64,000 nt of DNA from Planctomycetota bacterium (GTDB taxonomy: Bacteria; Planctomycetota; UBA1135; UBA2386), in NCBI GenBank assembly GCA_965223545.1, contig OZ245006.1, positions 7,488,001 to 7,552,000 of the forward strand, written 5' to 3'. Under the pieces are notes generated by a model. The model was not told where the DNA came from. It searched no databases and saw only the letters and a list, made by a program, of their open reading frames with translations. Below, piece after piece: positions 11,055 through 19,928 of the stretch (position 1 is the first letter of the stretch; the number at the start of each line of letters is the position of its first letter). Made by a program: the position numbers and the translations under genes.

Positions 11055-12671
11055 TCAGACGCGCCGGTAGTCGATCGGAAACTGCGTCTGCTTGAAGTCG
11101 TTGGCGCTCGACTTCAGCACGCGCAGGTACGGGCGCTGGTCTTCCCCTTCTTGGCGCTCGAGGTAGAGATGGAAGACGTTGTCGAACGTCGTCATGTACT
11201 GCGCCGGGTTGAAGTCGGCGCGGCCGCGCGCCGAGCCGGGGGGCACCAGGTCGACGAACAGCGAGGTGACGCCCTGATAGCGCAGCAGGTCGAGCAGGGC
11301 CGAGATCAGGAAGGTCTGGTTGTCGAGCAGCGGGAAGCGGTCGGCGAGGCGGAAGGCGTTGTCGAAGGCGAGCCGCGCCGCCGGCCTGCCCTCGCCGCGG
11401 ACGCGGCCGACGACGTCCCAGATCAGCTTGCCGGGGCTGACGTATTCGGGGTGGAGGTACATCACGCGCAGGTCGGGCTGCAGCTCGTCGTCGCCGCGCA
11501 AGCAGTGCGGTGCGAGTGCCGTCTCGCGCTGACAGATGCGCGTCAGGGTGTCTGGGTCTTCCTTGGTGGACACCATCAGCCCGGGCCGACCGCCGGCGAG
11601 GCCGGCCGCCAGGAAGCGGAGCGCGAGGTAGGTGTAGCGCGTGCCGGGTTCGGCCAACAGCACCGTCGAGGAGCCCTCGACCGGGCCGGTGCCGTTGAGG
11701 AACGGCGCCCGGAAGTCGGGCTGCCCGAAGTCGATCGGCGTCTGCCCGCGCCTCGGCGGCTCGGTCGCGTTGTCGCGCGCGATCGACAGCTGCGCCGCCA
11801 CCGACGGGTACAGGTGGATACCGGGACCCCGCTCGTTGCGCGCGCCGAGATAGCCGTCGCGGCGCATGTCGCGGCCGGCGATCGAGAAGTGGTGCGAACC
11901 GCGGTAGTAGTACTGGTGGCGCGCCTTGAGGATCTCCAGGCTGCGCGCCTTGAAACCGTAGAGCCGGTCGAGGAACGACAGCCGGATCAGCAGATCGGTG
12001 GAGAACTCCTCGGCGCTGGGCGTGCGCAAGTCGCGCGGGCTCGACTCCTCCTGCACGAAGATGCCGTGGATGCGCCGCGACATCAGCATGTGACGGGTCG
12101 CGACCAGGCGCGTCCGCTTGGCGAAGTAGTCCAGGTCGGTGAGCAGCAGGCCGACGTTGTCGATGCAGACCATGCCGACCCCGCTGGCCAGCCGGTAGTT
12201 GCCGATCTCGGCCAAGATCCACTCGATGTCGACGGTCGCGCCGGCGCGAGATTCGGGGTCGAGCGAGGCGGGATTGGCGTGCGTGATCACCAGCCGCGTC
12301 GTGCCGTTCGCGGTCTTCGCCTGCAGGCAGAGCTTGTTGGGCACCTCGCGCGGCAGCGTCTCGACGTCGACCTGCAGACCGTAGTGGTCGAAGTCGGCGG
12401 CGATCTTCTTGTGCAGATCGTCCGGCGACTGCTCGACCGAGTAGTAGAGGTAGGTGGTGCCGTCCGGACCGGTCAACCACGCCCGCGCCAGCATCTCCAA
12501 CGCCAGCAGGGTCTTGCCCGAGCCGGGTCCGCCGGTGATGAGCACGAACGCCGCGGTCTCCGCCGGGTAGCGGACGCCGCCGCCGAGAACGGCATCGAGC
12601 CCGTCGATGCCCGTCTTCAGGGTCTCGAACAACGTGCGGCACAGCGTCCCGGCCGGGTGGGCGCCGGTCAA
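11055..12671 (-). CDS. KaiC/RAD55-family double-domain ATPase
   Basis: KTGIDGLD, Walker A GGPGSGKT, CIDN, EEFSTD, RSLEILKAR; second domain has degenerate Walker A (AEPGTRYT) and RPYLRVLKS; start may be TTG 12632. Confidence 0.85.
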   Translation of the reverse strand: MTGAHPAGTLCRTLFETLKTGIDGLDAVLGGGVRYPAETAAFVLITGGPGSGKTLLALEMLARAWLTGPDGTTYLYYSVEQSPDDLHKKIAADFDHYGLQVDVETLPREVPNKLCLQAKTANGTTRLVITHANPASLDPESRAGATVDIEWILAEIGNYRLASGVGMVCIDNVGLLLTDLDYFAKRTRLVATRHMLMSRRIHGIFVQEESSPRDLRTPSAEEFSTDLLIRLSFLDRLYGFKARSLEILKARHQYYYRGSHHFSIAGRDMRRDGYLGARNERGPGIHLYPSVAAQLSIARDNATEPPRRGQTPIDFGQPDFRAPFLNGTGPVEGSSTVLLAEPGTRYTYLALRFLAAGLAGGRPGLMVSTKEDPDTLTRICQRETALAPHCLRGDDELQPDLRVMYLHPEYVSPGKLIWDVVGRVRGEGRPAARLAFDNAFRLADRFPLLDNQTFLISALLDLLRYQGVTSLFVDLVPPGSARGRADFNPAQYMTTFDNVFHLYLERQEGEDQRPYLRVLKSSANDFKQTQFPIDYRRV

Positions 12672-12751
12672 GAAAGGACTCCTCGGCGAGTCCGCTCCGG
12701 GCGGGGTTCGAATGCGTTGACAACCGCGGCGATGGAGCCCAGCCTGGCGGC

Positions 12752-13402
12752 GTGCTGCCCGAGGTCACCGACTTCTGTCGCCTGCTGCTGTTGCACCACC
12801 CGGAGCTCGAGGCCGGCAGTGCCGCCGTCGCCCTGGGTGCCGGCAACGCCGCGCTCAGCCGGCGGGGCAAGCGCGCCGTGCTGCGCTGGATGGACCTGCT
12901 GCAAGCCGTGCCGATCGACGCCGTGCACGCCTCCGATCAGGAGCAGTCGGCTGCGCCGGCGGCCGGTCTGGCGCGCGCCAAGCAGCTCGAGGTACAGCTC
13001 GAGCCGCGGCTGCGGGACCAGGCGATGGGGCGGTGGCAGGGGCAGCGGTGGGACGCGTTGGTCGAGAGCGACCCGACCGCGGTGACCGACTTCTTCGAGA
13101 GCTTTGCCGAGCGCGTGCCGCCGGACGGCGAGAGCTTGGGGCAGGCCACCGAGCGCATGCTGCAGTGGTGGTGGGAGCAGGCGCCGGAGAGCGCCGGCCG
13201 CACGCTGGCGGTGATCACCAGTGGTGCGATGATCGCCGGCTTCGCCGCGGCGATGTTGGGCATGCGGCTCACCCGGTGCCTCAGTCTCCGCCTACCGCCC
13301 GGCGGGCTGGGCATCCTCGACGTCTACGGCAACGGCGTGCGCATCGCCGCCTGGCACCCGGACGTCTTCCACGACGGAACAGACGCCCCGGCAGCGACAT
13401 GA
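12752..13402 (+). CDS. Histidine phosphatase (PGM/CobC)-fold protein with degenerate active site
   Basis: PRLRDQAMGRWQG, PPDGES, V-I-T-S-G; RHG replaced by HHP. Confidence 0.75.
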   Translation: MLPEVTDFCRLLLLHHPELEAGSAAVALGAGNAALSRRGKRAVLRWMDLLQAVPIDAVHASDQEQSAAPAAGLARAKQLEVQLEPRLRDQAMGRWQGQRWDALVESDPTAVTDFFESFAERVPPDGESLGQATERMLQWWWEQAPESAGRTLAVITSGAMIAGFAAAMLGMRLTRCLSLRLPPGGLGILDVYGNGVRIAAWHPDVFHDGTDAPAAT

Positions 13403-13451
13403 TCTGTCGATGCCGGCTGGCCGGCGACGCCCCTCGATCGTCGATCGCCTC

Positions 13452-14117
13452 TCACCGCGCGTTGGCGTTGCGACGGCGGTACTGCATCTCCATGACCAGC
13501 ACCTCCTTGTTGTCGAGGGTCTCGTACATCTTCTTGATGATCCGCGTTTGGGCGCGCTCGTCGCCCCTGACGATCTCGATCGCGGTGCGGAACGGCTGAC
13601 CGTTCGGCGTGATGTGGTTGGTGCGCAGGCCGCGCAGATTGATGACGCCGTTGTCGTCGCGCTTGCCGCGCGCCAAGTGGATCATGGTGCCGAACGTGTC
13701 CATCCAGTTCATCACGTAGGCCTTCATGATCCGGTCGTAGCCGATCACTCCCAACCCCTCGAACGCCTGCTCCTGCATGACGCCCTCGATGCGCTCGACC
13801 AGGAAGCGGCTGCCGAGCGTGGCCTCGATCTCGGCCACTGCGGTGCTCTTCTGGGTCTCGCGGCCCGGATAGGTGACGGTCACGTCGACCGCCCACGGCC
13901 CGCTGAGCGCGGCGAGCTCGGCGTGCTCGGCCCCGGGCATGGCGTAGTGCAGGGCACGGCGCCACTCCTCTTGCGCGTCCGCCGGTGCCCGCACCGGATC
14001 CTGCGGTGCCGGCAGGGGCGTTGCGGCCGGCGTCTCTGCTGCCGGGGCGTCGGGTGCGCGGAGGCCGGCGATGGCGGAAACCACCGTTGCGGCGGAGATC
14101 GTGGTGAGCAGCTTCAT
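13452..14117 (-). CDS. Secreted DUF1579-like protein
   Basis: Signal peptide; PGAEHAELAALSGPW, LGSRFL, GVIGYD, WMDTFGT. Confidence 0.7.
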   Translation of the reverse strand: MKLLTTISAATVVSAIAGLRAPDAPAAETPAATPLPAPQDPVRAPADAQEEWRRALHYAMPGAEHAELAALSGPWAVDVTVTYPGRETQKSTAVAEIEATLGSRFLVERIEGVMQEQAFEGLGVIGYDRIMKAYVMNWMDTFGTMIHLARGKRDDNGVINLRGLRTNHITPNGQPFRTAIEIVRGDERAQTRIIKKMYETLDNKEVLVMEMQYRRRNANAR

Positions 14118-14213
14118 CCGGGACAGGATACCTCGGGATCGGCGTCGTGCGGGGTCCACGCGCGGGTGGTCGGGGGTGGTCACGGGCGCTCCGAGCGGGC
14201 ATCCTCGATACGG

Positions 14214-16115
14214 ATGGCGTGCTTCTGGGAGTGTGCGCGGGCCAGCGGCCAGCGATGGGCGCCGGCGCTGGCGGCCGCATTGGTGACGGGCGCGTGCCTC
14301 GTGGCCCAGCCCCGGCCGGCATGGGCGGTGTTGAGCCCCGGTGCGCCGATCAACACGAGCCTGATCCAGCAGCTCGGCAAGCTGGTGATCTACGAGGAGC
14401 CGGCCACCGTGCACGTGTTCTCCGCCTTTACCCGGCGGTGGCACAGCACTCCGCGGCCGGCGGGAGCCAGCCTGCGGCACGCCAACGACTGGCTGCTGCT
14501 GCGGGCGGGCGGCGCGTTCACGGTGTTCTCCTCGATGCGGGGGGTGTTCGAGACGCGCTCGTTCTCACCGCAAGCGGTGGTCCTCAATCCGGCGTCCCAG
14601 CGCAACGACTCGCTGCTGCTGATCGAGGATGCCGGAGTCCTGCACGCGTTTTCCGGCCTGACCGGCGTGTGGACGCAGATCCCACTCGGTCCGAGCGCGC
14701 AGGTTGCCGTCGAAGGCCACACGGCCGTGGTCGTCGATGGCGGGATCGCCGCCGCGCAGTCCGCTTACGGCGGCGGTTGGCAGCCGCAGGCGATCGTCGG
14801 CACCCCGCGGCGCGTGCACGCGAGCGGCACGGTGGCGGTGGTGGAGACCGAAGTCGCCGTGTTCGGCTATTCGGCGGCGCAGCGCGGCTGGAGTCAGACC
14901 GGGGCGCCCGCGCCCGGCGCGGTGTTCGCCAGCGGCGATGACGTCGCCCTGTGGGAATCCGCCGGCACAGCACTGGGCTTCAGCGGTGTGCGCGGCGCGT
15001 TCGCCACCGCCGCGGTGGAGCCCGGCGCCGGCCTCGTCGCCGAGCAGCAGCTCGGCGCCGCCGTCGGCGGCAGCGCGGTCGATTTCTTCTCGGCGCCGCG
15101 GGCGCAGTGGACCGAGGTGCCCCGTCCGCCGGGCGCGGCGGTGATGAGCAGCGCCGCCGTCGCCGCGGTCCTCGACACGACCGGCGTGCGCGCCTACAGC
15201 GCGGTCACCGGAGGCGCTGTGTTCCAGGCCGCGCGCCAGGCGTTCGTCGGCGTGAGCTGGACCGTCGCCGCGTTGCAGGACGGCGTCAACCAACAGAGCT
15301 GGTTCTTCAGCGCGTTCTCCGGCGCCTGGCACGCAGCGCCGGCGGGACCGGTGGCGGCGTTTCCCCGGGTCGCGTTCAACGGTGGCCTGATCGAGGCGAA
15401 CGGCGGGTTCGCGGCGTTCTCCGCCCGCGACGGCAATTTCGTGTTCACGTCGGCAGGCCCCGGATCGGTGCCGCACGTGGATCCGCAGAGCGGTCTGCTG
15501 GCGGTGGAAGAGCCGGCGGGTCTGTCGGTGTTCGAGCCGCGGCGGCGGGTCTGGGTGCGCGCTCCGGTCGCCGGGGGCGGGCTGGTCGTGCAGCAGTGGC
15601 GCACCGCGCTGTTGGCCGAGCAAGGCACGCGGGTTTGGGGATTCGGCAGCCAGGACGGCACCGTGCACCCGCACGACGTCGGCGCGGCGGTGATCGACAC
15701 CAAGGCGAGCTCCGAGAGCCTGCGCGTCGTGACCGCGGCGGAGATCCACGCTTTCAGTCCATTGCCCGATGTCCTGCCGCTGACGCAGTTTCCCGAGTTC
15801 CGCCGGATGTTGGCGGGAGGTGCTCCGTTGGACGTGGTGATCTCGGCCGACAGCGGAGCGGTGGTGGCGCCGGTCGGCGGGCTGCCGGCGACCGCGCCGG
15901 TGCCGGTGGTGGGGCTGAGTGGTCTGCTGTTGCTGGCTCCGCCGCTGGTGCCGTTGCCGCCCCTGATCGCCGGTGCGGACGGTCGCGCCGCGCTGTCGGT
16001 GCCGGTGCCGGCCGCCCCCACCCTGGTCGGCTTGACGCTGGGGTTGCAGGCGTTGGTGGTGCCGGCCGTCCGCGCGCCGTATCTGACCGGCCTCGGCGCT
16101 GCGACGCCCTTTTGA
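14214..16115 (+). CDS. Secreted beta-repeat protein (~13 repeats of F/Y-S-A-x-x-G-x-W/F) with shared C-terminal domain
   Basis: Signal-like ALAAALVTGACLVAQ; repeats VFSAFTRRW, AFSGLTGVW, GYSAAQRGW, FFSAFSGAW; ends ADGRAALSVPVP..LVGLTLGLQAL; the longer ORF-track start overlaps the opposite-strand gene. Confidence 0.7.
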   Translation: MACFWECARASGQRWAPALAAALVTGACLVAQPRPAWAVLSPGAPINTSLIQQLGKLVIYEEPATVHVFSAFTRRWHSTPRPAGASLRHANDWLLLRAGGAFTVFSSMRGVFETRSFSPQAVVLNPASQRNDSLLLIEDAGVLHAFSGLTGVWTQIPLGPSAQVAVEGHTAVVVDGGIAAAQSAYGGGWQPQAIVGTPRRVHASGTVAVVETEVAVFGYSAAQRGWSQTGAPAPGAVFASGDDVALWESAGTALGFSGVRGAFATAAVEPGAGLVAEQQLGAAVGGSAVDFFSAPRAQWTEVPRPPGAAVMSSAAVAAVLDTTGVRAYSAVTGGAVFQAARQAFVGVSWTVAALQDGVNQQSWFFSAFSGAWHAAPAGPVAAFPRVAFNGGLIEANGGFAAFSARDGNFVFTSAGPGSVPHVDPQSGLLAVEEPAGLSVFEPRRRVWVRAPVAGGGLVVQQWRTALLAEQGTRVWGFGSQDGTVHPHDVGAAVIDTKASSESLRVVTAAEIHAFSPLPDVLPLTQFPEFRRMLAGGAPLDVVISADSGAVVAPVGGLPATAPVPVVGLSGLLLLAPPLVPLPPLIAGADGRAALSVPVPAAPTLVGLTLGLQALVVPAVRAPYLTGLGAATPF

Positions 16116-16180
16116 GGCGCCGCCGAGCGCGGTGACTTTCGCGCTGGCCCGGGCGCGGGAGACGGCTACAACTACGAGCC

Positions 16181-16639
16181 ATGCCGGAGAAGGCCATCCA
16201 CCGCATTCTGGCGCCGGTCGAGCTGTCGGAGCCGGTCGTCCCCGACATGGAGTATGCGATCCGGGTGGCGGCGCAGCTGGGCGCCGAGCTGATCCTGTTC
16301 GTCTGCATCGACACGCCGGCGGCGGTGAGCATGATCGGCAAGCACCGGGCCCAGCGACGGGGTTCGGCCAGCTTCGACCAGGCGTTGGTCGAAGATGCCA
16401 AGGCGATTCTGTCGAAGATCGTGGATGAGGCCACGGGGCGCGGCGTCGTCGCACTCGGGCACGCGACCGTCGACGAGGATGTCGAGGAGCAGATTCTCAA
16501 GGAAGCGCTGGTGCAGAAGGTCGACCTGATCCTGGTGCGGTCGAAGGGCCGCCACGGCCTGATGAAGGCGCTGTTGGGCAGCACGGCGGGTGAGATCCTC
16601 AAGGCCGCGCCGTGCCCCGTCCTGGTGGCGCGCTCGTGA
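16181..16639 (+). CDS. Universal stress protein (Usp family)
   Basis: RILAPVELS, DLILVRSKGR, LLGSTAGEILKAAPCPVLV. Confidence 0.92.
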   Translation: MPEKAIHRILAPVELSEPVVPDMEYAIRVAAQLGAELILFVCIDTPAAVSMIGKHRAQRRGSASFDQALVEDAKAILSKIVDEATGRGVVALGHATVDEDVEEQILKEALVQKVDLILVRSKGRHGLMKALLGSTAGEILKAAPCPVLVARS

Positions 16640-19044
16640 CCAAGTCGGGACGACCACTCAACGGGGCGGACGCGCCGCTGCCGGCCGGCCCGGTCGAGTT
16701 GGCTGCCGAGGACCTGCGCTGGAGCTGTGCGCCGGTGCGGGCATCGCGGCGCGAGCCGCGGGTCTCGGAGACCCTGGGCCAGGAGCGGCCGCTGGCCGCG
16801 ATGCGCGCCGGCCTGGCGATCCGCGCGCCGGGCCACCACCTGTTCGTCTCTGGCGCCCCGGGCAGCGGTCGCCGCACCCTGGTCGAGCACGTGCTCGCCG
16901 AGCTGCAGCCCGAGCGCCGCCCGGGCCCGGACTACGCCTACGTCAGCGTTTGTGGCGACCCGCAGCGGTTGCGGCTGCTGCGGCTGCCGCGCGGTGCGGG
17001 CGATCGCTTTGCCCGCGAGTACGAGACCATGCTGTGGTCGGTGCGGGACGCCATGCGCGCGGCGCTGGCGGCGCGGCCGCACCGCATGTCGCGGCAGCTG
17101 ATCCTGCGCGCGGCCGAGGAGCGGCGGGATCGCTTGATGACCGCGCTCGGGCGCGTCGCGGAGCAAAACGGCTGTGCGATCGTGCAGCACGAGGAAAACG
17201 GCGCGTTCTCCGCGGACGTGCAGCCAGTGCACGAGGGGCACGCCCTCGGCGCCGAGGCGATGGCGGCGCTGGTCGGTGACGGCCGGCTGACGGCGACGCA
17301 GCGCGATGGCTTGCTGCGGCGGCGCGAGGCGATGCTGGAGCGCGTCGAAGAAGTGTTCGACCGCCTCCGGCGGCAGACGCGGCGCACCGAGGAAGAGCTG
17401 GCCGAGCTCGACCGCCAGCACGTGCTGCGCCACGTCGGGGCTCTGCTCGACGAGTTTCGCCGTGCCTGGCCGCAGCCCGAAGTCGACGCGCGCTTGGCCG
17501 AGATCCGTGCCAACATCGAGCGGGAGCTGCCGCGCTGGGTGCTGGAGCCGAGTGAGTCCGAGGGCGAGGTCGTCGATCCCGGTCCCCTGCACGAGCTGTC
17601 GGCGCATTCGGTCAACGCCACCGACCCGGGCGATCCGTGTCCGGTCGTGTTCGAAGCGCACCCCAGCTATGCCAAGCTGTTCGGCGCCCTCGAGCTGATG
17701 CGCGAGGCGCCGTGGGGGTTGGCGCGCGTGCAGGAGGGGGCGCTGCTGCGCGGCGACGGGGGCTTCGTCGTGATGCGCGCCGTCGACGTGTTTTCCGAAC
17801 CCAACGCGTGGAGTCAGCTCAAGCGGACGCTGCGTTCGGGCGAGCTCGAGCTGCGCGAGGTCGACGTCAACGCCGGCCAGGGCGGCGGCGTGCTGCAGGC
17901 GGATCCGATCCCGCTCGACGTCAAGGTCGTGTTGATCGGCGAGCCGGGCCAGTACGAGCACATGGTGGCCGAGGATCCCCAGTTCGCGCAGCTGTTCAAG
18001 GTACACGCCGAGTTCGACGCCAGCATGCCGGCCGACGCGGCCGGCTGCCGGCGCTACGCCGACCAGCTGGCGTGGCTCACCCGCAACGAGGGGCTGCGCG
18101 CGTTTGCCGGTGCCGCCGCGGCCGCGGTCGTCGAGTTCGGCGCGCGCCAGGCCGGCCGCCGCGACCGCCTGTCGACGGCGTTCGGCGATCTCGCCGACGT
18201 CGCCCGCGAGGCGTCGTGGTACCGCGAGCAGCGCGGCAACGGGCCGGTGCAGCGCGAAGACGTCGAGCGCGCGGTGGCGGCGCGTGAGGCCCGCGCCGAG
18301 CTCGGCCGCGAGCACCTCGAGCGCGACTTCGCCGACGGCTATCTGCGGGTGAGGACCGAGGGCGAAGCGGTCGGTGAGATCAACGCGCTCACCGTCCTCG
18401 ACAGCGGCACCTTCGCGTTCGGCCGGCCGAGCCGGGTGACGGTGTCGACCGGCGTCGGCAGCCGCGGTCGCAGTGGGCTGTTGAACATCGAGCGCGAAGC
18501 CGAGCTGTCCGGTCCGCTGCACGACAAGGGTGTCTTGATCCTCGGCGGCTATCTGCTGCGGCGCTTTGCGCAGGACGCGCCGCTGTGCCTGCAGGCCAGT
18601 ATCTGCTTCGAGCAGAACTACGGCGGCGTCGACGGCGACTCGGCCTCCGGCGCCGAGCTGGTGGCGCTGCTCTCCAGCCTGGCCGGCGTGGCGCTGTCGT
18701 GCGCCTACGGCATGACCGGCGCGATCAACCAGGCCGGCGAGCTGCAGGCCGTCAGCGGCGTCAACGAGAAGATCGAGGGCTTCTTCCGCCTGTGTGCCAC
18801 GCGTGGATTGCGTGGCGGGCAGGGCGTGGTGATCCCGGCGGCCAACGTGCTCGATCTGATGCTGCAGCAAGACCTGGTCGCGGCGGTGCGGGCGGGAGCG
18901 TTTCGCGTGATCGCGGTCGACACGGTCGAGCAGGCCCTGGCCGTGCTGACCGGCCGCGAGCCCGAGGCGGTGTTGGCTGCGGCCGGGCAGCGGTTGCGGG
19001 CGTTCGCCGAACAGCCGGGCGCGGCGTCGTCACCGCGCGGGTAG
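16636..19044 (+). CDS. Lon-like (LonC/AAA_32-type) S16 protease
   Basis: GQERPL, degenerate Walker A GAPGSGRRT, KVVLIG, VDGDSAS (catalytic Ser), VNEKIEGF (Lys); GTGA overlap with usp. Confidence 0.88.
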   Translation: MTKSGRPLNGADAPLPAGPVELAAEDLRWSCAPVRASRREPRVSETLGQERPLAAMRAGLAIRAPGHHLFVSGAPGSGRRTLVEHVLAELQPERRPGPDYAYVSVCGDPQRLRLLRLPRGAGDRFAREYETMLWSVRDAMRAALAARPHRMSRQLILRAAEERRDRLMTALGRVAEQNGCAIVQHEENGAFSADVQPVHEGHALGAEAMAALVGDGRLTATQRDGLLRRREAMLERVEEVFDRLRRQTRRTEEELAELDRQHVLRHVGALLDEFRRAWPQPEVDARLAEIRANIERELPRWVLEPSESEGEVVDPGPLHELSAHSVNATDPGDPCPVVFEAHPSYAKLFGALELMREAPWGLARVQEGALLRGDGGFVVMRAVDVFSEPNAWSQLKRTLRSGELELREVDVNAGQGGGVLQADPIPLDVKVVLIGEPGQYEHMVAEDPQFAQLFKVHAEFDASMPADAAGCRRYADQLAWLTRNEGLRAFAGAAAAAVVEFGARQAGRRDRLSTAFGDLADVAREASWYREQRGNGPVQREDVERAVAAREARAELGREHLERDFADGYLRVRTEGEAVGEINALTVLDSGTFAFGRPSRVTVSTGVGSRGRSGLLNIEREAELSGPLHDKGVLILGGYLLRRFAQDAPLCLQASICFEQNYGGVDGDSASGAELVALLSSLAGVALSCAYGMTGAINQAGELQAVSGVNEKIEGFFRLCATRGLRGGQGVVIPAANVLDLMLQQDLVAAVRAGAFRVIAVDTVEQALAVLTGREPEAVLAAAGQRLRAFAEQPGAASSPRG

Positions 19045-19055
19045 CACACTGTCTC

Positions 19056-19769
19056 TCAGAAGCGCGAACGGCGGCTCGGCGTCGGCCGTCGGGCCGGCGC
19101 GGGTGGCGCCAGGAGGTGCGCCAGCAGCATGCCGACGACGAAGCCGCCGATGTGCGCCCACCAGGCGACCCCCGGCCCCGATGCGCCGAACGCGCTGAAC
19201 ACCTGGATCGCGAGCCAGAGCCACAGGAACACCGCGGCCCGCACGTGGATCAGCACCGGCAAGAAGCCGAGCGGCACCAGGGTGAGCACGCGCACCCCGG
19301 GGTAGAGCACGAGGTAGGCGCCGAGCGCGCCGGCCACCGCCCCCGAGGCGCCGACCATCGGCACGGCCGAGGCGGGCTCGGCGAGCACCTGGCTGGCCAG
19401 CGCTGCGAGGCCGGCGACGCCGTAGAGCGCGGCGAAGCGACCGGCCCCGAGGCGCTCTTCGACGTTGTCACCGAACACCCACAGGAACCACATGTTGCCG
19501 AGCAGGTGCAGCAGGCCGGCGTGGACGAACATGTGGGTGCCCACCCGCCAGACCTCGCCGCGGCCGGCGCTGACCAGCCAGCCGGAGTCGGCGCCCGGCC
19601 ACAGCTCGGGTTGGCGGCCGGTCAGCAGGTAGGCCAGGGCGCCGAAACGCTCGATGGCCCCGACCGGATCGCTCAGCGACAGCGCGAAGACGGCGAGGTT
19701 GAGCACCACCAGCACGCGCACGACGCGCGCGGGGCGGAGCGTCGGCAGCTGGTCGCGGAGCGGGATCAT
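19056..19769 (-). CDS. Rhomboid intramembrane serine protease
   Basis: MIPLRD start; HLLGNMWFLWVFGDNVEERLG, GASGA, AWWAHIGG. Confidence 0.93.
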   Translation of the reverse strand: MIPLRDQLPTLRPARVVRVLVVLNLAVFALSLSDPVGAIERFGALAYLLTGRQPELWPGADSGWLVSAGRGEVWRVGTHMFVHAGLLHLLGNMWFLWVFGDNVEERLGAGRFAALYGVAGLAALASQVLAEPASAVPMVGASGAVAGALGAYLVLYPGVRVLTLVPLGFLPVLIHVRAAVFLWLWLAIQVFSAFGASGPGVAWWAHIGGFVVGMLLAHLLAPPAPARRPTPSRRSRF

Positions 19770-19928
19770 GCGCGCGTTGGAACGCGAGAACCGGCGCGCG
19801 CAACCGCCGAGATGGCATCTTTCGGCGGCCGGTGGCTTTGCTATAGTGCCCGCGCCCACGCGTGTAAAGACAGGTGTGGCAAGCGCTGGCCGTGGCGCTG
19901 ACCGCCGCGGCGACACCCATCGAGACTC

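Noticed and set aside
11055..12671. Circadian clock gene kaiC
   Set aside because: No kaiA/kaiB and a degenerate second P-loop; called only KaiC-like
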